Source of the DNA: Vulcanimicrobiota bacterium
GTDB taxonomy: Bacteria > Vulcanimicrobiota > Vulcanimicrobiia > Vulcanimicrobiales > Vulcanimicrobiaceae
NCBI GenBank assembly: GCA_963833095.1
Contig: CAWHWQ010000001.1
Location: 640,001 to 704,000 of the forward strand
Reading direction: 5' to 3'
Length of the DNA stretch: 64,000 nt
Shown here one piece after another: positions 1 through 10,217 of this stretch. The position numbers and the translations under genes were made by a program. Within the stretch, counting starts at the first letter, position 1, and each line of letters opens with the position of its first letter. Below the pieces are notes generated by a model. That model was not told where the DNA came from and did not search any database. It saw only the letters and a program-made list of their open reading frames with translations.

Positions 1-300
1 CACGACGTACTCTGCGTATGCGCGGGGGATGCCGGTGAACGCCACGCGGTCGCCCACGCGAATATCCCGCACCCCGTCGCCGAGTGCCTCGACCGTGCCG
101 GCACCCTCAGCACCCGCGACCATCGGCGGCGTGCCGCCGTAACGTCCCATGCGCTCGTAGATGTCGCGATAATTGACACCCACCGCAGCGATGCGCACGA
201 GCGCTTCGCCAGCCGCAGGCGCCGGCGCGGGGATGTCCCCGAGTTGTAGCACGTCGGAGCCGCCGAAGCTAGGGATGACGATTGCTTTCATGTTCTTCAT
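1..300 (-). CDS. qor: NADPH:quinone oxidoreductase (zeta-crystallin/MDR family), 5' part; runs off the window edge
   Basis: Manual translation: MKNMKAIVIPSFGGSDVLQLGDIPAPAPAAGEALVRIAAVGVNYRDIYERMG...GAEGAGTVEALG. Confidence 0.8.
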   Translation of the reverse strand, partial: MKNMKAIVIPSFGGSDVLQLGDIPAPAPAAGEALVRIAAVGVNYRDIYERMGRYGGTPPMVAGAEGAGTVEALGDGVRDIRVGDRVAFTGIPRAYAEYVV

Positions 301-340
301 AACGCATCCAGACTGGTTTGGGCGGCGTTCTTAGGGGTGT

Positions 341-823
341 ATGGGTACACAAACTCGCGGGCGTTTCCTTGCTAACCTTGCCGGCGCAGTTGTTTTTGCG
401 CCGGCACTCGCGCGCGCCGCGGACACGAAATATGCGGTCTCGCACACGGAGGCGCAGTGGAAGGATATCCTCAGTCCGGATCGCTACGTGATCTTGCGCG
501 AGAACGGCACCGAGCCCGCCTTCTCGAGTCCCCTCATCGCCGAGCAACGTCCGGGCGTCTACAACTGCGCGGGCTGCAATCTCGAGCTCTTTACCTCGAA
601 GATGAAGTACGATAGCGGCGACGGTTGGCCGTCCTTCTGGACGGTGCTTGCGAATACCACGGTGACACAATCCGACTACGACATCCCCGGCGAAGAGCGC
701 ACCGAAGTGCATTGCCGGCGTTGCGGCAGCCACTTGGGTCACATCTTTGACGATGGACCCGCCCCGACGCATCTTCGCTATTGCATCGACGGCTTGGCGC
801 TGCTGTTCGTTCCTAACCGGTAA
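341..823 (+). CDS. msrB: Peptide-methionine (R)-S-oxide reductase with N-terminal export signal
   Basis: GTEPAFS, YNCAGC, DSGDGWPSF, RTEVHCRRCGSHLGHIFDDGP, RYCID motifs. Confidence 0.93.
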   Translation: MGTQTRGRFLANLAGAVVFAPALARAADTKYAVSHTEAQWKDILSPDRYVILRENGTEPAFSSPLIAEQRPGVYNCAGCNLELFTSKMKYDSGDGWPSFWTVLANTTVTQSDYDIPGEERTEVHCRRCGSHLGHIFDDGPAPTHLRYCIDGLALLFVPNR

Positions 824-1191
824 CACGTCCGGCCCGCCCGATGCGGCCACTCCCACACACCCGTCTCCAGGCGCGCGTCGACCTTCTCGCTGGTCAGCGC
901 GAAGTTCGCGCAAAGTTGATAGTGACGCGCGCCGAGGCGCCGGTATTCGTAGGGTTTGCCTGTGACGGGATCGCGGAGTTCGCTATCCGGAGCAACGGCG
1001 GGTAGCCGTTGCCCGGACTCGTCGTAGGCTTCATCGATTCTGCTCGAAAGCGTCCGCACGTCTTCCATGCGCTTCCTATCCAGCGCTAGGCTGCGCTCAT
1101 GCGCGGGCGAGCCGATGACCGAAAAGGCGAGCGCCACACCGCCCAGCACAATCGCAGCGGTCGCTACGCCGGCGATCGCCTCGAATTTCAT
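778..1191 (-). CDS. Hypothetical membrane-anchored protein resembling the C-terminal module of DUF5671 proteins
   Basis: N-terminal TM, GSPAHERSLALDRKRMEDV and DPVTGKPYEY...YQLCANF; ATGA overlap with the upstream gene. Confidence 0.65.
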   Translation of the reverse strand: MKFEAIAGVATAAIVLGGVALAFSVIGSPAHERSLALDRKRMEDVRTLSSRIDEAYDESGQRLPAVAPDSELRDPVTGKPYEYRRLGARHYQLCANFALTSEKVDARLETGVWEWPHRAGRTCYRLGTNSSAKPSMQ

Positions 1192-1844
1192 GCCGCGGCC
1201 TCAGGCGGGTTGATCGTTGCCAGATAATATGCGAAGACGCCGCCGCCGAGCACGAGAAGGACGATTGAATCGAGGATGAAGCGCACGGTTATTTCGCCAC
1301 GAAGAAGTGCGTTGGTAAACCACACGCCGTCCGTCAGCACGACGAGCGCTGCAAAAACAAGCGCGATGTAGGTAAGCCATTTGCGCACGGCCGATTCGTA
1401 CATATCCGGCCGCAACGCAAGCTGCTTGCGAATGAGATAGTGGACAAAGGCAAAAATCGGGAACGCCACGATCACGGTCGCGGCTTGCCACGAAATCTGA
1501 TCCCGAAGGTTGATCTGACGGTAGTCGTACGCCGCCGCATCGGGGACCCAGCGGGCGATCAGGACGTACCAAATCTGGCCCAAGGCAACGGTCCAGAATC
1601 CAAGCGTGATGAAGTTGATCAGATAATAGAATGCGTCCCGCGCGTTTTCCCCATACTGCGAACGGCTCGGAATCGGCGTGCCCAAAACCCCGCCATAGTA
1701 CTCCGAGAAGGCGCGGAAGATGCGCCGCTCGGACCAGCCGTTGCGCTGCAGGAGCGTCGCGATAAACCCGTCGGCAACGCCGTGGTCCTTGGCGGAGCCA
1801 ATGAAATCGCGCAGGTCGTGTTCGGTAGCCGGTAGCTGTTTCAT
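1188..1844 (-). CDS. DUF5671-type membrane protein
   Basis: ARDAFYYLINFITL, SAVRKWLTYIAL, four TM helices. Confidence 0.7.
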   Translation of the reverse strand: MKQLPATEHDLRDFIGSAKDHGVADGFIATLLQRNGWSERRIFRAFSEYYGGVLGTPIPSRSQYGENARDAFYYLINFITLGFWTVALGQIWYVLIARWVPDAAAYDYRQINLRDQISWQAATVIVAFPIFAFVHYLIRKQLALRPDMYESAVRKWLTYIALVFAALVVLTDGVWFTNALLRGEITVRFILDSIVLLVLGGGVFAYYLATINPPEAAA

Positions 1845-1887
1845 GAGACGATCCTACCAGCAGCGGGCGGCCCCGGCGTCCGTATTC

Positions 1888-2610
1888 TTACGGAATCTCT
1901 CGCGTTGCGTCTGCGTCTTCGCCAAAGATCAACGTAAACAGCCAGCCGCCGATTCCTCCGCCCAGAATCGGCGCGACCCAGAATAGCCACAACTGCGAGA
2001 GTTCCGCGGGTCCGGCGAAGAGTGCCGGGCCGGTGCTGCGAGCCGGATTCACCGACGTGTTGTCGACCGGGATGGCGATGAGGTGAATGAGCGTGAGCGC
2101 AAGGCCGATTGCAATGCCGGCAAAGCCCCTGGGGACCTCGCGGTGGGTCGAGCCGACGATGACCCACACAAAGCCGAACGTCAGCACGAACTCGATGATC
2201 AGCGCCGAGGTCATGTTGTAGCCGCCCGGTGATAGTTCACCGTAGCCGTTGCTCGCGAACTGTCCAGCCACCCAGCCCGGCTGCCCGGATGCAATCAGAT
2301 ACAACACCGCAGCACCAACGATTGCGCCGACGACCTGCGCGACGATGTACGGAAGCACGTCGCGCCCCGGAAAGCGCTTCGCCAACCACATGCCGACTGT
2401 AACAGCCGGATTGAGATAGGCTCCCGAAATGCGGCCGAGAGCGTATGCCATCGTGAGCACCGTGAGCCCGAAGGCGAGCGCAACGCCGGCAAAACCGATG
2501 CCGAGCTTTGGAAACGCAGCTGACAATACCGCCGCTCCGCAACCGCCGAAGACCAGCCAGAATGTGCCGAAAGCTTCGGCAACCACACGCCGTGATAGCG
2601 GCTGAATCAT
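1888..2610 (-). CDS. aqpZ: Aquaporin Z (MIP family)
   Basis: [20 protein letters not shown] and SVNPARS motifs, [12 protein letters not shown]. Confidence 0.92.
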   Translation of the reverse strand: MIQPLSRRVVAEAFGTFWLVFGGCGAAVLSAAFPKLGIGFAGVALAFGLTVLTMAYALGRISGAYLNPAVTVGMWLAKRFPGRDVLPYIVAQVVGAIVGAAVLYLIASGQPGWVAGQFASNGYGELSPGGYNMTSALIIEFVLTFGFVWVIVGSTHREVPRGFAGIAIGLALTLIHLIAIPVDNTSVNPARSTGPALFAGPAELSQLWLFWVAPILGGGIGGWLFTLIFGEDADATREIP

Positions 2611-4748
2611 GCGTACGCCAAGCTGAACGGAAGGACGCGCGCGCGCTTTCCGTTGATGGCGAAAACCGCGCTAGCAACGGCGGGCGCGATCGTAACCGTA
2701 GCCGGCTCACCGATGCCGGTGGGGTTTTCGGAGCTACTTACGATGTCGGCATGTATTTCGGGGGCTTGATCCATGCGCATGACGAGATAATCGTAGAAAT
2801 TGTGCTGCTGGACGGCGCCGTTCTTGATGGTAATGATGCTCGCGAGCGCCATCGAGAGCCCATAATTCGTGGCGCCTTCGAGCTGCTGCAACACGATCGT
2901 CGGATTCACCGCGCGCCCCACGTCGGCGACCACAAAGGCGCGATGCACCACGGGCGTGTTGCCTTTCATGGAGACTTCGGCGACGGTTGCTACCGACGTG
3001 CCGTTCCAAAAGCCGAATGCGATGCCTTGCTTTGTCCCAGGCGCGGGCGAACCCCACGAGGCATTTTTGGCAACCGTACGCAACACGGTTTGCGCTCGTG
3101 GATTCTTCTGCAAAAGCGCAAGCCGGAACTCGAGCGGATCCTTTCCTGCCGCGTGCGCAAGCTCGTCCATGAACGTCTCCATCACGAAGGTGTTCCAGTT
3201 GGCGCCGGGCGCGCGCAGACTACCGGGCGGAACGCCGCTGTTCGGGTTGATGTAATACGCGTGGAAGTTCGGGATCTCATACTGCGTGTTCACCACCGAA
3301 TCCATCGAGACCGAATCGAGTCCACTCGGCGCTAAGGGAAACCCTAGCCCTTTGAGGATCGAATCCATCACGACCGTATGCTGCATCGCGATCAGATTGC
3401 CGTGCGCGTCGAGTACGCCGCTGACGCGATTAGCGGCCATTGGCTTGTACCAGTCGTGCTGCGTGTCGTCTTCACGCTGCCAAATGACTTGGACCGGCGC
3501 CTTGATCGCTTTGCTCACCCAGACCGCATCGTTGGTGAAATCGGCATACAGCCGTCGCCCAAATCCGCCGCCGAGATAGGTCGTATGAATCTGCACTTTG
3601 TCTGGCGGCACGCCGGCGATCTTCGCTGCCGAAGCCTGCGCGATCGTCTGCACCTGCGTCGGCGCCCAAATCTCGACGCCGTCACTCGTGACCGAAGCCG
3701 TCGCGTTCATCGGCTCCATCGCTGCGTGCGCGGCCAGATTTCCGAAGTAAGTCGCTTCCAGGGTTTTCCCCTGCGCGCTCTTTGAACCGCGCTCAACTGC
3801 GGGAATCGCGCCGGTTCCGTCCGCTGCAAGTTTGAGGTAGCGCGCCTTGAGCGTTTCGGTGCTTTGGCTTGCAAATGGACCGTTGTCGTACTGGACGGCT
3901 AGCGCCGCTTTCCCCTGAAACGCCGCCCACGAATTGGTGGCAACGACGGCTATACCGCTCGGAATTTGCACGACATCGAGAACGCCTTTGACGTGCTTTG
4001 CTTTGGTGGCGTCGAACGACGTCACTTTGGCGCCGAAGACCGGCGGATAGAGCACTGAGGCGAATTTCATGCCGGGTACGCGCACGTCAATACCATACCT
4101 CGCGGTACCGTTGACCTTCAGCGGCGTGTCGACACGTTTGTTCACTTTCCCGATCAAGGTGAATTGATCGGGGGTTTTCAAGGTGGGTTTGGCCGGCGCG
4201 GGAATCGACGCCGCCGCGCCAACGAGGCTACCGTACGTTGCGGTGCGATTGTTCTTGGCATCGACCACCGTGCCGCTCTTAGTACTGAGGGTCGACGGGT
4301 CGACACCCCACTGCTTTGCCGCCGCGCTGACCAGCATCGCGCGCGCGCTTGCACCCGCGGTGCGCAACGGCATCCACATCGATGCGGTGCTCGTGCTGCC
4401 ACCAGTGATCTGGAGATGGAAGCCCGGATCGGCGTACACGGCCGCGGCCGGCGCAAATTCGATGAGCACGTTCTCCATCGGGATGTCGAGCTCGTCTGCG
4501 ACGATCGTCGGCATGCCGGTCGCGACGCCCTGGCCCATCTCGGACTTATTGACGAAGATGGTGACCTTCTCGTCGGGATGCACGATCAGCCACGCGTTGG
4601 GTTTGAATCCCGCAGTCTCAGGCGCGGCCGAACCTGCCGGCGCACCCTGACTTTGATTCGAACAACCGTTTGCGCTGACGCCGAGCACGAGACTGCCGGC
4701 AAACATGGAACCTAGACGAACGAAATCGCCGCGATTGATGGTTGTCAT
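2607..4748 (-). CDS. Xanthine dehydrogenase-family molybdopterin-binding subunit (isoquinoline 1-oxidoreductase beta-like)
   Basis: [35 protein letters not shown]; start placed at MTTINRGDF (ATGA overlap with the 2Fe-2S gene). Confidence 0.9.
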   Translation of the reverse strand: MTTINRGDFVRLGSMFAGSLVLGVSANGCSNQSQGAPAGSAAPETAGFKPNAWLIVHPDEKVTIFVNKSEMGQGVATGMPTIVADELDIPMENVLIEFAPAAAVYADPGFHLQITGGSTSTASMWMPLRTAGASARAMLVSAAAKQWGVDPSTLSTKSGTVVDAKNNRTATYGSLVGAAASIPAPAKPTLKTPDQFTLIGKVNKRVDTPLKVNGTARYGIDVRVPGMKFASVLYPPVFGAKVTSFDATKAKHVKGVLDVVQIPSGIAVVATNSWAAFQGKAALAVQYDNGPFASQSTETLKARYLKLAADGTGAIPAVERGSKSAQGKTLEATYFGNLAAHAAMEPMNATASVTSDGVEIWAPTQVQTIAQASAAKIAGVPPDKVQIHTTYLGGGFGRRLYADFTNDAVWVSKAIKAPVQVIWQREDDTQHDWYKPMAANRVSGVLDAHGNLIAMQHTVVMDSILKGLGFPLAPSGLDSVSMDSVVNTQYEIPNFHAYYINPNSGVPPGSLRAPGANWNTFVMETFMDELAHAAGKDPLEFRLALLQKNPRAQTVLRTVAKNASWGSPAPGTKQGIAFGFWNGTSVATVAEVSMKGNTPVVHRAFVVADVGRAVNPTIVLQQLEGATNYGLSMALASIITIKNGAVQQHNFYDYLVMRMDQAPEIHADIVSSSENPTGIGEPATVTIAPAVASAVFAINGKRARVLPFSLAYA

Positions 4749-5206
4749 GACGTCTTCCCTCCACCGGTCGCCTGCGCAACGGCTTTGCGAATGCGGCCGT
4801 ACGTTCCGCAGCGGCAAATGTTGGTGATCGATGCCGCGAGATCGGCGTCGGTCGGATGCGGATTGGTCTTGAGCAAACCCGAGATCGCCATCAACTGGCC
4901 CGACTGGCAATACCCGCACTGCGGCACCTGTTCGTCGATCCAGGCTTGCTGCAACGCGTGCGGCTGCTCGGGCGTGCCGAGCGCTTCGATCGTGGTGATC
5001 GACTTGCCGACAGCGGCACTGACCGGCGTAACGCACGAGCGCACGGCCGCGTCGTCGAGATGAACCGTGCAACAGCCGCATTGCGCGACGCCGCACCCAA
5101 ATTTCGTTCCGGTCAATCCGACGACGTCACGAATCGCCCAAAGCAAGGGCATCTCCTCGGGGACATCGAGATCGTGCTTCTCGCCGTTAATGGTTAGAGA
5201 GACCAC
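4745..5206 (-). CDS. (2Fe-2S)-binding small subunit (IorA/CoxS-like)
   Basis: GTKFGCGVAQCGCC, QCGYCQSG, NICRCGTY; GTG start with GGAGG RBS. Confidence 0.92.
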   Translation of the reverse strand: MVSLTINGEKHDLDVPEEMPLLWAIRDVVGLTGTKFGCGVAQCGCCTVHLDDAAVRSCVTPVSAAVGKSITTIEALGTPEQPHALQQAWIDEQVPQCGYCQSGQLMAISGLLKTNPHPTDADLAASITNICRCGTYGRIRKAVAQATGGGKTS

Positions 5207-5274
5207 CTGGCAACCTCCAATCGGGACGTGGCGAACGCTCCCAAAACGGAGCCAACAATCCCGAGGGTTGCGCC

Positions 5275-5712
5275 TTAGCCTAGGGGCGCGAGCTGCTTGT
5301 CGTCGGCTTCGATGATATCGAGCAGCTTCGAGAGCTCCGGCTGTTGCGCGAGGACGGGGTGCCGCTCTCGCACGAGCGCTTGGTCCTCGGCGGACATCCG
5401 CTCGATGACGAAGGTTTCCAGCTTGGCGTTGAGGGCCTCGGCGGCAGACGGGTCGACGCGTTCGGCGAGCCACGCGATGACCGCCTCTTCGTCGGGTGCC
5501 TGGCGGACGGCCTCGCGGAATTCATCCATGGTTAGGCCTAAGCGGCGCACGGCATAGGCGCTGAAGCCGGTATCGTGGTTGAGAAACGGACCGATCTCCC
5601 CGCCCGGCAACTCGGCGCGCAGTTTGTCGATGGTACGCGCAAGAAAGTAGCACCCAAGAATCGCTTCCCGGACGCCGCGTGGCGGCTTCTCTCGTAAGTC
5701 TAGTGGGGTCAT
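5275..5712 (-). CDS. DUF5069-type protein
   Basis: LDLREKPPR...LARTIDKLRAELPG pattern. Confidence 0.6.
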   Translation of the reverse strand: MTPLDLREKPPRGVREAILGCYFLARTIDKLRAELPGGEIGPFLNHDTGFSAYAVRRLGLTMDEFREAVRQAPDEEAVIAWLAERVDPSAAEALNAKLETFVIERMSAEDQALVRERHPVLAQQPELSKLLDIIEADDKQLAPLG

Positions 5713-5723
5713 GGCATCGTCTT

Positions 5724-6542
5724 ATGATCGACATCCACACGCACCTTCACCCGCCGCGGCTGTTCGCCGCGATCCGGCGTTGGTTTGCCACGAACAGTAC
5801 GTGGGATATCGCCGCGCAGCCGCAAGAGCCCGCCGACGTCGTCGCCGTACTACGACGCGCAGGCGTCGAACGCTTCGTCTTCTGCAGCTATGCGCATCGC
5901 CCGCACATGGCACGCGATTTAAATGCGTGGCTCGTCCAGACGGCCCGAACCCTCGGCGGTTATGGTGTCCCGCTCGCGACCGTGCATCCCGACGACCCAG
6001 GTTATCTCGACGATCTTCGCGCCGCCCTCGATGCGGGCTGCGCCGGCCTCAAGCTGCACGAAGACGTTCAGCGCGTCGCCTGCGACGACGAGCGCCTCGA
6101 TCCGATATATGACGAACTTGCCGCGCGCAATCGCTTTTTGCTCGTGCACGTCGGACCGATACCGTGGGTCTATAAGGAACGCGAAGGTTACGCTCGGGTC
6201 AAAGCGGTGCTCGAACGGCATCCGAACCTCACCGTCGTCGTTGCACACTTCGGCGTGCCCGACACCCTCGACTATTTCGAGCTTATGTCGACGTATCTCA
6301 ACCTGTATCTCGACACCACGATGGTTTTCGCGCCGTCGTCGCCGATGCGCACCAACGTGGCCGCGGTCGATGCAATCGAAGCGAATCCGACCCGCGTGTT
6401 GTACGGAACGGACTTTCCGAATATTCCCCACGATTATCTTGCAGAGTCGCGCGGTATCGAAGCGCTGGGCTTGCGCGCCTCAACGCTTGGCGCGGTGCTC
6501 CACGACAATGCGGAACGTCTTTTGAAAGAGGCGGGAGCGTAA
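5724..6542 (+). CDS. Amidohydrolase family protein (amidohydro_2)
   Basis: MIDIHTH, GLKLH, VVAHFG, LYLDT, YGTDFP. Confidence 0.88.
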   Translation: MIDIHTHLHPPRLFAAIRRWFATNSTWDIAAQPQEPADVVAVLRRAGVERFVFCSYAHRPHMARDLNAWLVQTARTLGGYGVPLATVHPDDPGYLDDLRAALDAGCAGLKLHEDVQRVACDDERLDPIYDELAARNRFLLVHVGPIPWVYKEREGYARVKAVLERHPNLTVVVAHFGVPDTLDYFELMSTYLNLYLDTTMVFAPSSPMRTNVAAVDAIEANPTRVLYGTDFPNIPHDYLAESRGIEALGLRASTLGAVLHDNAERLLKEAGA

Positions 6543-6551
6543 CTGGGAAGC

Positions 6552-6983
6552 TTATCTGCGCAAAGCCTTTATGTACCTGGCGCGGCGACCGGGACGTCCA
6601 TTTCCTTTGTTACAATTTCCGAACGTTTCCGTCAGCGCGTGGTGGTTCGGACAGAGGTAGCGCAGATTGCTCTTTGCATTATTTCGAGCGTTCCCATCGA
6701 TATGATCGAGGTGCACCGGAATCCGGCCTGTGCGCGGGTTACGCTCTGCCCATCCGCAAACCTGACATCGTTCGCCGTATTTTTCGATGAAGTACCGGCG
6801 GATGTGATGCGACGGGACGTCCCAACCGGCGATCGTTCCATCGACCTCGCCCGCGAGCCAACGCCGCACAAACGTGCGATATTGATGGTCTATTTGGCAT
6901 CGCTGCGAACAATAATTTGCGACTTTGCTTTTGACGCGATTTCCACAGCCGGCAACACACTCGGGCCGAAACGCTACTCGCAT
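6552..6983 (-). CDS. HNH endonuclease with N-terminal Cys cluster
   Basis: CVAGC, YCSQRC, CQVCG, LDHIDGNARNN...NLRYLCPNHH. Confidence 0.88.
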   Translation of the reverse strand: MRVAFRPECVAGCGNRVKSKVANYCSQRCQIDHQYRTFVRRWLAGEVDGTIAGWDVPSHHIRRYFIEKYGERCQVCGWAERNPRTGRIPVHLDHIDGNARNNAKSNLRYLCPNHHALTETFGNCNKGNGRPGRRARYIKALRR

Positions 6984-7048
6984 GCAACATATGAAACGCT
7001 AAGAGCGCGCCATACGTATGGCACGCAACGTGAGAGCGAGAAAGAAAG

Positions 7049-7123
7049 TGGAGCCGACGCGGGGACTTGAACCCCGGGCCTGCTGATTACGAATCAGCTG
7101 CTCTACCACTGAGCTACGTCGGC
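7049..7123 (-). tRNA. tRNA-Thr (anticodon CGT)
   Basis: Reverse complement GCCGACGTAGCTCAGTGGTAGAGCAGCTGATT-CGT-AATCAGCAGGCCCGGGGTTCAAGTCCCCGCGTCGGCTCCA folds as a cloverleaf with encoded CCA. Confidence 0.97.
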
Positions 7124-7204
7124 AAAAAATCGGTGACCTACGGCCACCGCCGGGGAGCCTGGTTCTGCGGCCCGACCGCTCCCCCTGCTCCCCAGCGTAC
7201 GACT

Positions 7205-7843
7205 TTAGTTCGTATAGCCTCGCCCGGCGCCCACCGTCTCGGCTCCCTCGAGCGTGCCGAGGAACTCATCGTGCTTCATCGGGCGCGAGAACATCGGGTA
7301 ATTCTTCTCCACCGCCAAGCGCTGCTCGTCGTCGCTGAGCGTCGCGGTGCAGTCGGTCAGCGTCACCACGTTGTAGCCCTTCTCGTAGGCGGTGCGCATG
7401 GTCGATTCGACGCAGCAGTTGGTGAGGAATCCACCCAGCACAACGTTCGTGATGCCGCGGCTGCGCAGGATGAAGTCGAGATTCGTGCTCGCGAATGCGT
7501 CCAAGCCACGCTTTCCCTCGATCACGATATCGCTTTCGGCCGGCGTCATTGTATCGACGATTTCGGCGCCCCAGGTTCCCTTACGGAACGAGTTGCTGTC
7601 GACCACGCCTTTGAGGATGCCGTACGGCTCGCTCGTGAGTTCGTGGTAGTCCGGCGTAAAGGTGATCGGCGCATGCACGATCGTTGCGCCCAGTTCGCGC
7701 GCACGCTCGACGGTCTCAAGTGTGTTGGGGAGCATATTGGTGCTCTCCATGACCGGCTTCACTGCGTCGTGAAGCGTTCCGCCTGGTGAGGTGAAGTCGT
7801 TCTGATATTCGATTAGGACGACCGCCGTTGTCTTCGGGTTCAT
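7205..7843 (-). CDS. Cysteine hydrolase / isochorismatase family
   Basis: TAVVLIEYQNDF, GKRGLDAF, LTNCCVESTMR. Confidence 0.9.
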   Translation of the reverse strand: MNPKTTAVVLIEYQNDFTSPGGTLHDAVKPVMESTNMLPNTLETVERARELGATIVHAPITFTPDYHELTSEPYGILKGVVDSNSFRKGTWGAEIVDTMTPAESDIVIEGKRGLDAFASTNLDFILRSRGITNVVLGGFLTNCCVESTMRTAYEKGYNVVTLTDCTATLSDDEQRLAVEKNYPMFSRPMKHDEFLGTLEGAETVGAGRGYTN

Positions 7844-7903
7844 GCTGTCCTCGCTCTCCCCGTGGGGGCGGGAGACTTGCACGCGCGCAGAAACGACGCC
7901 TGC

Positions 7904-9037
7904 ATGGACTACGATGTCGCGGTTCTCGGCCTCGGCGGCATGGGAAGCGCCGTCGCCGCGCATGCCGCTCGCCGCGGTCTGCGCGTTGCGGGCTTTGAGC
8001 GATTCGCGCTGGCGCACGATCTCGGGTCATCGGTCGGCCGCACGCGTATCATTCGCAAGGCCTACTTTGAGGACGCAGCTTACGTGCCGCTGCTCGACCG
8101 CGCCTACCTGCTCTGGCGCGAGCTCGAAGAGACCTCGCAGACGGCCTTGCTCGATCTTTTCGGCGTGCTGATGGTCGGGCAGGCGGAATCGGCGACGATT
8201 CAAGGCACGGCGACCGCAGCGATGCTCTACGACATTCCCGGCGAGCAACTGGACGCCGGGCAGCTTCGCGCTCGCTTTCCACGACTCGCGTTCGACTCAA
8301 GCGAAGTCGGCCTCTATGAGCCGTACGCGGGCGTCGTTTTTCCCGAGCGCGCGATTGCAGCGCATCTGACCGTCGCGCGAAATCACGGCGCGCATCTGTA
8401 CGATCGCGCGCGCGTTCGCGGCTTCGAAACAACAAAGACCGGGGTTCGCGTTGCGTTCGAGGGAGGGGAGACCGTCGAGGCCGCTCGTGTCGCGGTCTGC
8501 ACCGGCGCATGGTCGAACGACCTGCTCCCACAACTGCACCTTCCGCTTGCGGTGCAACGTAACGTGCAGTATTGGTTCACCTTGCAAAACGGCGCCGGCG
8601 GCCCCGCCGAGCTTCCCGCATTTTTTCTCGAGCGCGATTGGCTACCGGCCCCGCTCTACGGCACTCCCGATCTCGGCGACGGACTCAAGGTCGCGTTTCA
8701 CGGCTACGGCGAGACCACGCAAGCCGACCAGCTCGATCGCGAGGTCCACGCAGGCGAAGCTGCGCTGATGCGCGAGACGCTCACCGCGCTCATGCCCGGT
8801 AGCGAGCCGGTTCTGCGCTCGTCCAAAACATGCATGTACACGATGACGCCGGATGGGAACTTTGCGATTGGCCGCGATCCGCGCGATCACAATGTCGTGA
8901 TTGCGTGCGGATTCTCGGGTCACGGATTCAAATTCGTACCGGTCATCGGCGAAATCGTTACGCGCATGCTCCTCGGTGAGGATCCGCAGCTCGACGTCGG
9001 CTTTTTGCGGCTCGATCGCTTGATCAGCGATACGTGA
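7904..9037 (+). CDS. solA: N-methyl-L-tryptophan oxidase / monomeric sarcosine oxidase family
   Basis: GLGGMGS, GSSVGRTRIIRKAY, CMYTMTPD, GFSGHGFKF. Confidence 0.88.
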   Translation: MDYDVAVLGLGGMGSAVAAHAARRGLRVAGFERFALAHDLGSSVGRTRIIRKAYFEDAAYVPLLDRAYLLWRELEETSQTALLDLFGVLMVGQAESATIQGTATAAMLYDIPGEQLDAGQLRARFPRLAFDSSEVGLYEPYAGVVFPERAIAAHLTVARNHGAHLYDRARVRGFETTKTGVRVAFEGGETVEAARVAVCTGAWSNDLLPQLHLPLAVQRNVQYWFTLQNGAGGPAELPAFFLERDWLPAPLYGTPDLGDGLKVAFHGYGETTQADQLDREVHAGEAALMRETLTALMPGSEPVLRSSKTCMYTMTPDGNFAIGRDPRDHNVVIACGFSGHGFKFVPVIGEIVTRMLLGEDPQLDVGFLRLDRLISDT

Positions 9038-9932
9038 ATCCTTGAATAAACGCATCCCCGCTCGTGCGATCGCTCCACACCACCCAAATCGTCCCGGTTT
9101 TCGGATCGATGGCGGTGGTGTGCACGCCGGCAGCGATTTTCGAATCGTCGAGGAGCTTCGGCGCGCTGGCGCCATCGAATGAGTAGAGGGTAATACCGCC
9201 GCCTGCGCAGGCCAGCCACTGGCGCGTCGGCTCCCAACTGCATTGATCGACCTGCTCGGGAAGATTTACTTGGTGGAGCAGCTTGCCCGCGCGATCGTAT
9301 ACCCCTAGCACGTTGTTTTCACCACCGGCGATCAGCACGTGGTGATCGGCGTCATACTGCAGTGGGTGGTTATTCTTGAGCTGGGGCGTCGGAATGAGCC
9401 GCTTGACTTTGAGCGTCTTGGGATCGATCACTGCGATCTCATTGTCGGTCGCGATATTTTGATAGACGTCGTGCGTTTGCGGATCAACCTGGATGTATTC
9501 CGGCTTGTGACCCGGGAGCTGGACGACGGCAATCTGTTTGAAGCTTTTGGTATCGATCACGAAGATCCGATTTCCGTCATCTTCATCGGCATAGATGCGC
9601 CCCAGATCCGGATCATAGGCAATCGCATCGACCGTTCCGTCGACGATCGCGGTACGAAGAATCTGCTGCGATTCGGGATCAACCTCGCTTACGCTGCGCG
9701 AGTCGCCGTTTCCGGTAAAGACGTGACCGGTCGCTGCGTCCAGGGCGAGCCCGTGCATCGGACCAACCGGAACGATGCCGATCACGTTCCCCGTATCGGC
9801 ATCGGCAATCAGCAGGCCGCCGCCGCCGGCATGCGCCGCGTAGACGCGGCCGCGTTGTGAATCGACGGTAACATAGTCGAATCCGCCGCCTGGATCGACC
9901 GGAACGGGCTGGGTGACGGCAACGATGGGCAC
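9024..9932 (-). CDS. YncE-like beta-propeller protein
   Basis: GFDYVTVD, HGLALD and repeated beta-blade motifs. Confidence 0.72.
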   Translation of the reverse strand: MPIVAVTQPVPVDPGGGFDYVTVDSQRGRVYAAHAGGGGLLIADADTGNVIGIVPVGPMHGLALDAATGHVFTGNGDSRSVSEVDPESQQILRTAIVDGTVDAIAYDPDLGRIYADEDDGNRIFVIDTKSFKQIAVVQLPGHKPEYIQVDPQTHDVYQNIATDNEIAVIDPKTLKVKRLIPTPQLKNNHPLQYDADHHVLIAGGENNVLGVYDRAGKLLHQVNLPEQVDQCSWEPTRQWLACAGGGITLYSFDGASAPKLLDDSKIAAGVHTTAIDPKTGTIWVVWSDRTSGDAFIQGFTYR

Positions 9933-9935
9933 GCT

Positions 9936-10199
9936 TTATTCCTTTCTCTCGAGGTCTTGATCGTGAAACGTCCCGCGCTTGGCGGAACGGTCGAGCTCCA
10001 GGTCTTCCAAATAGTAATAAACGATCTTGCGGTCGTCAAAACCGACCTTCGCCAGGGATCTGCCATCGATCTCAACCACCTCATGAATGTGCCCTTCGCG
10101 CCCGGCATAGCGGTAGTTCACATCGGAGTAGCCGGGGTCGCCCGCCTTGGGGTGGGGAATTGCCTTGACGCCGCGCAGCGGGGTGTTATGGCGATGCAT
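9936..10199 (-). CDS. Hypothetical small protein
   Basis: 87-aa ORF abutting the next gene; short beta-rich core. Confidence 0.55.
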   Translation of the reverse strand: MHRHNTPLRGVKAIPHPKAGDPGYSDVNYRYAGREGHIHEVVEIDGRSLAKVGFDDRKIVYYYLEDLELDRSAKRGTFHDQDLERKE

Positions 10200-10217
10200 A
10201 GCGTACTACTTCGCCCC

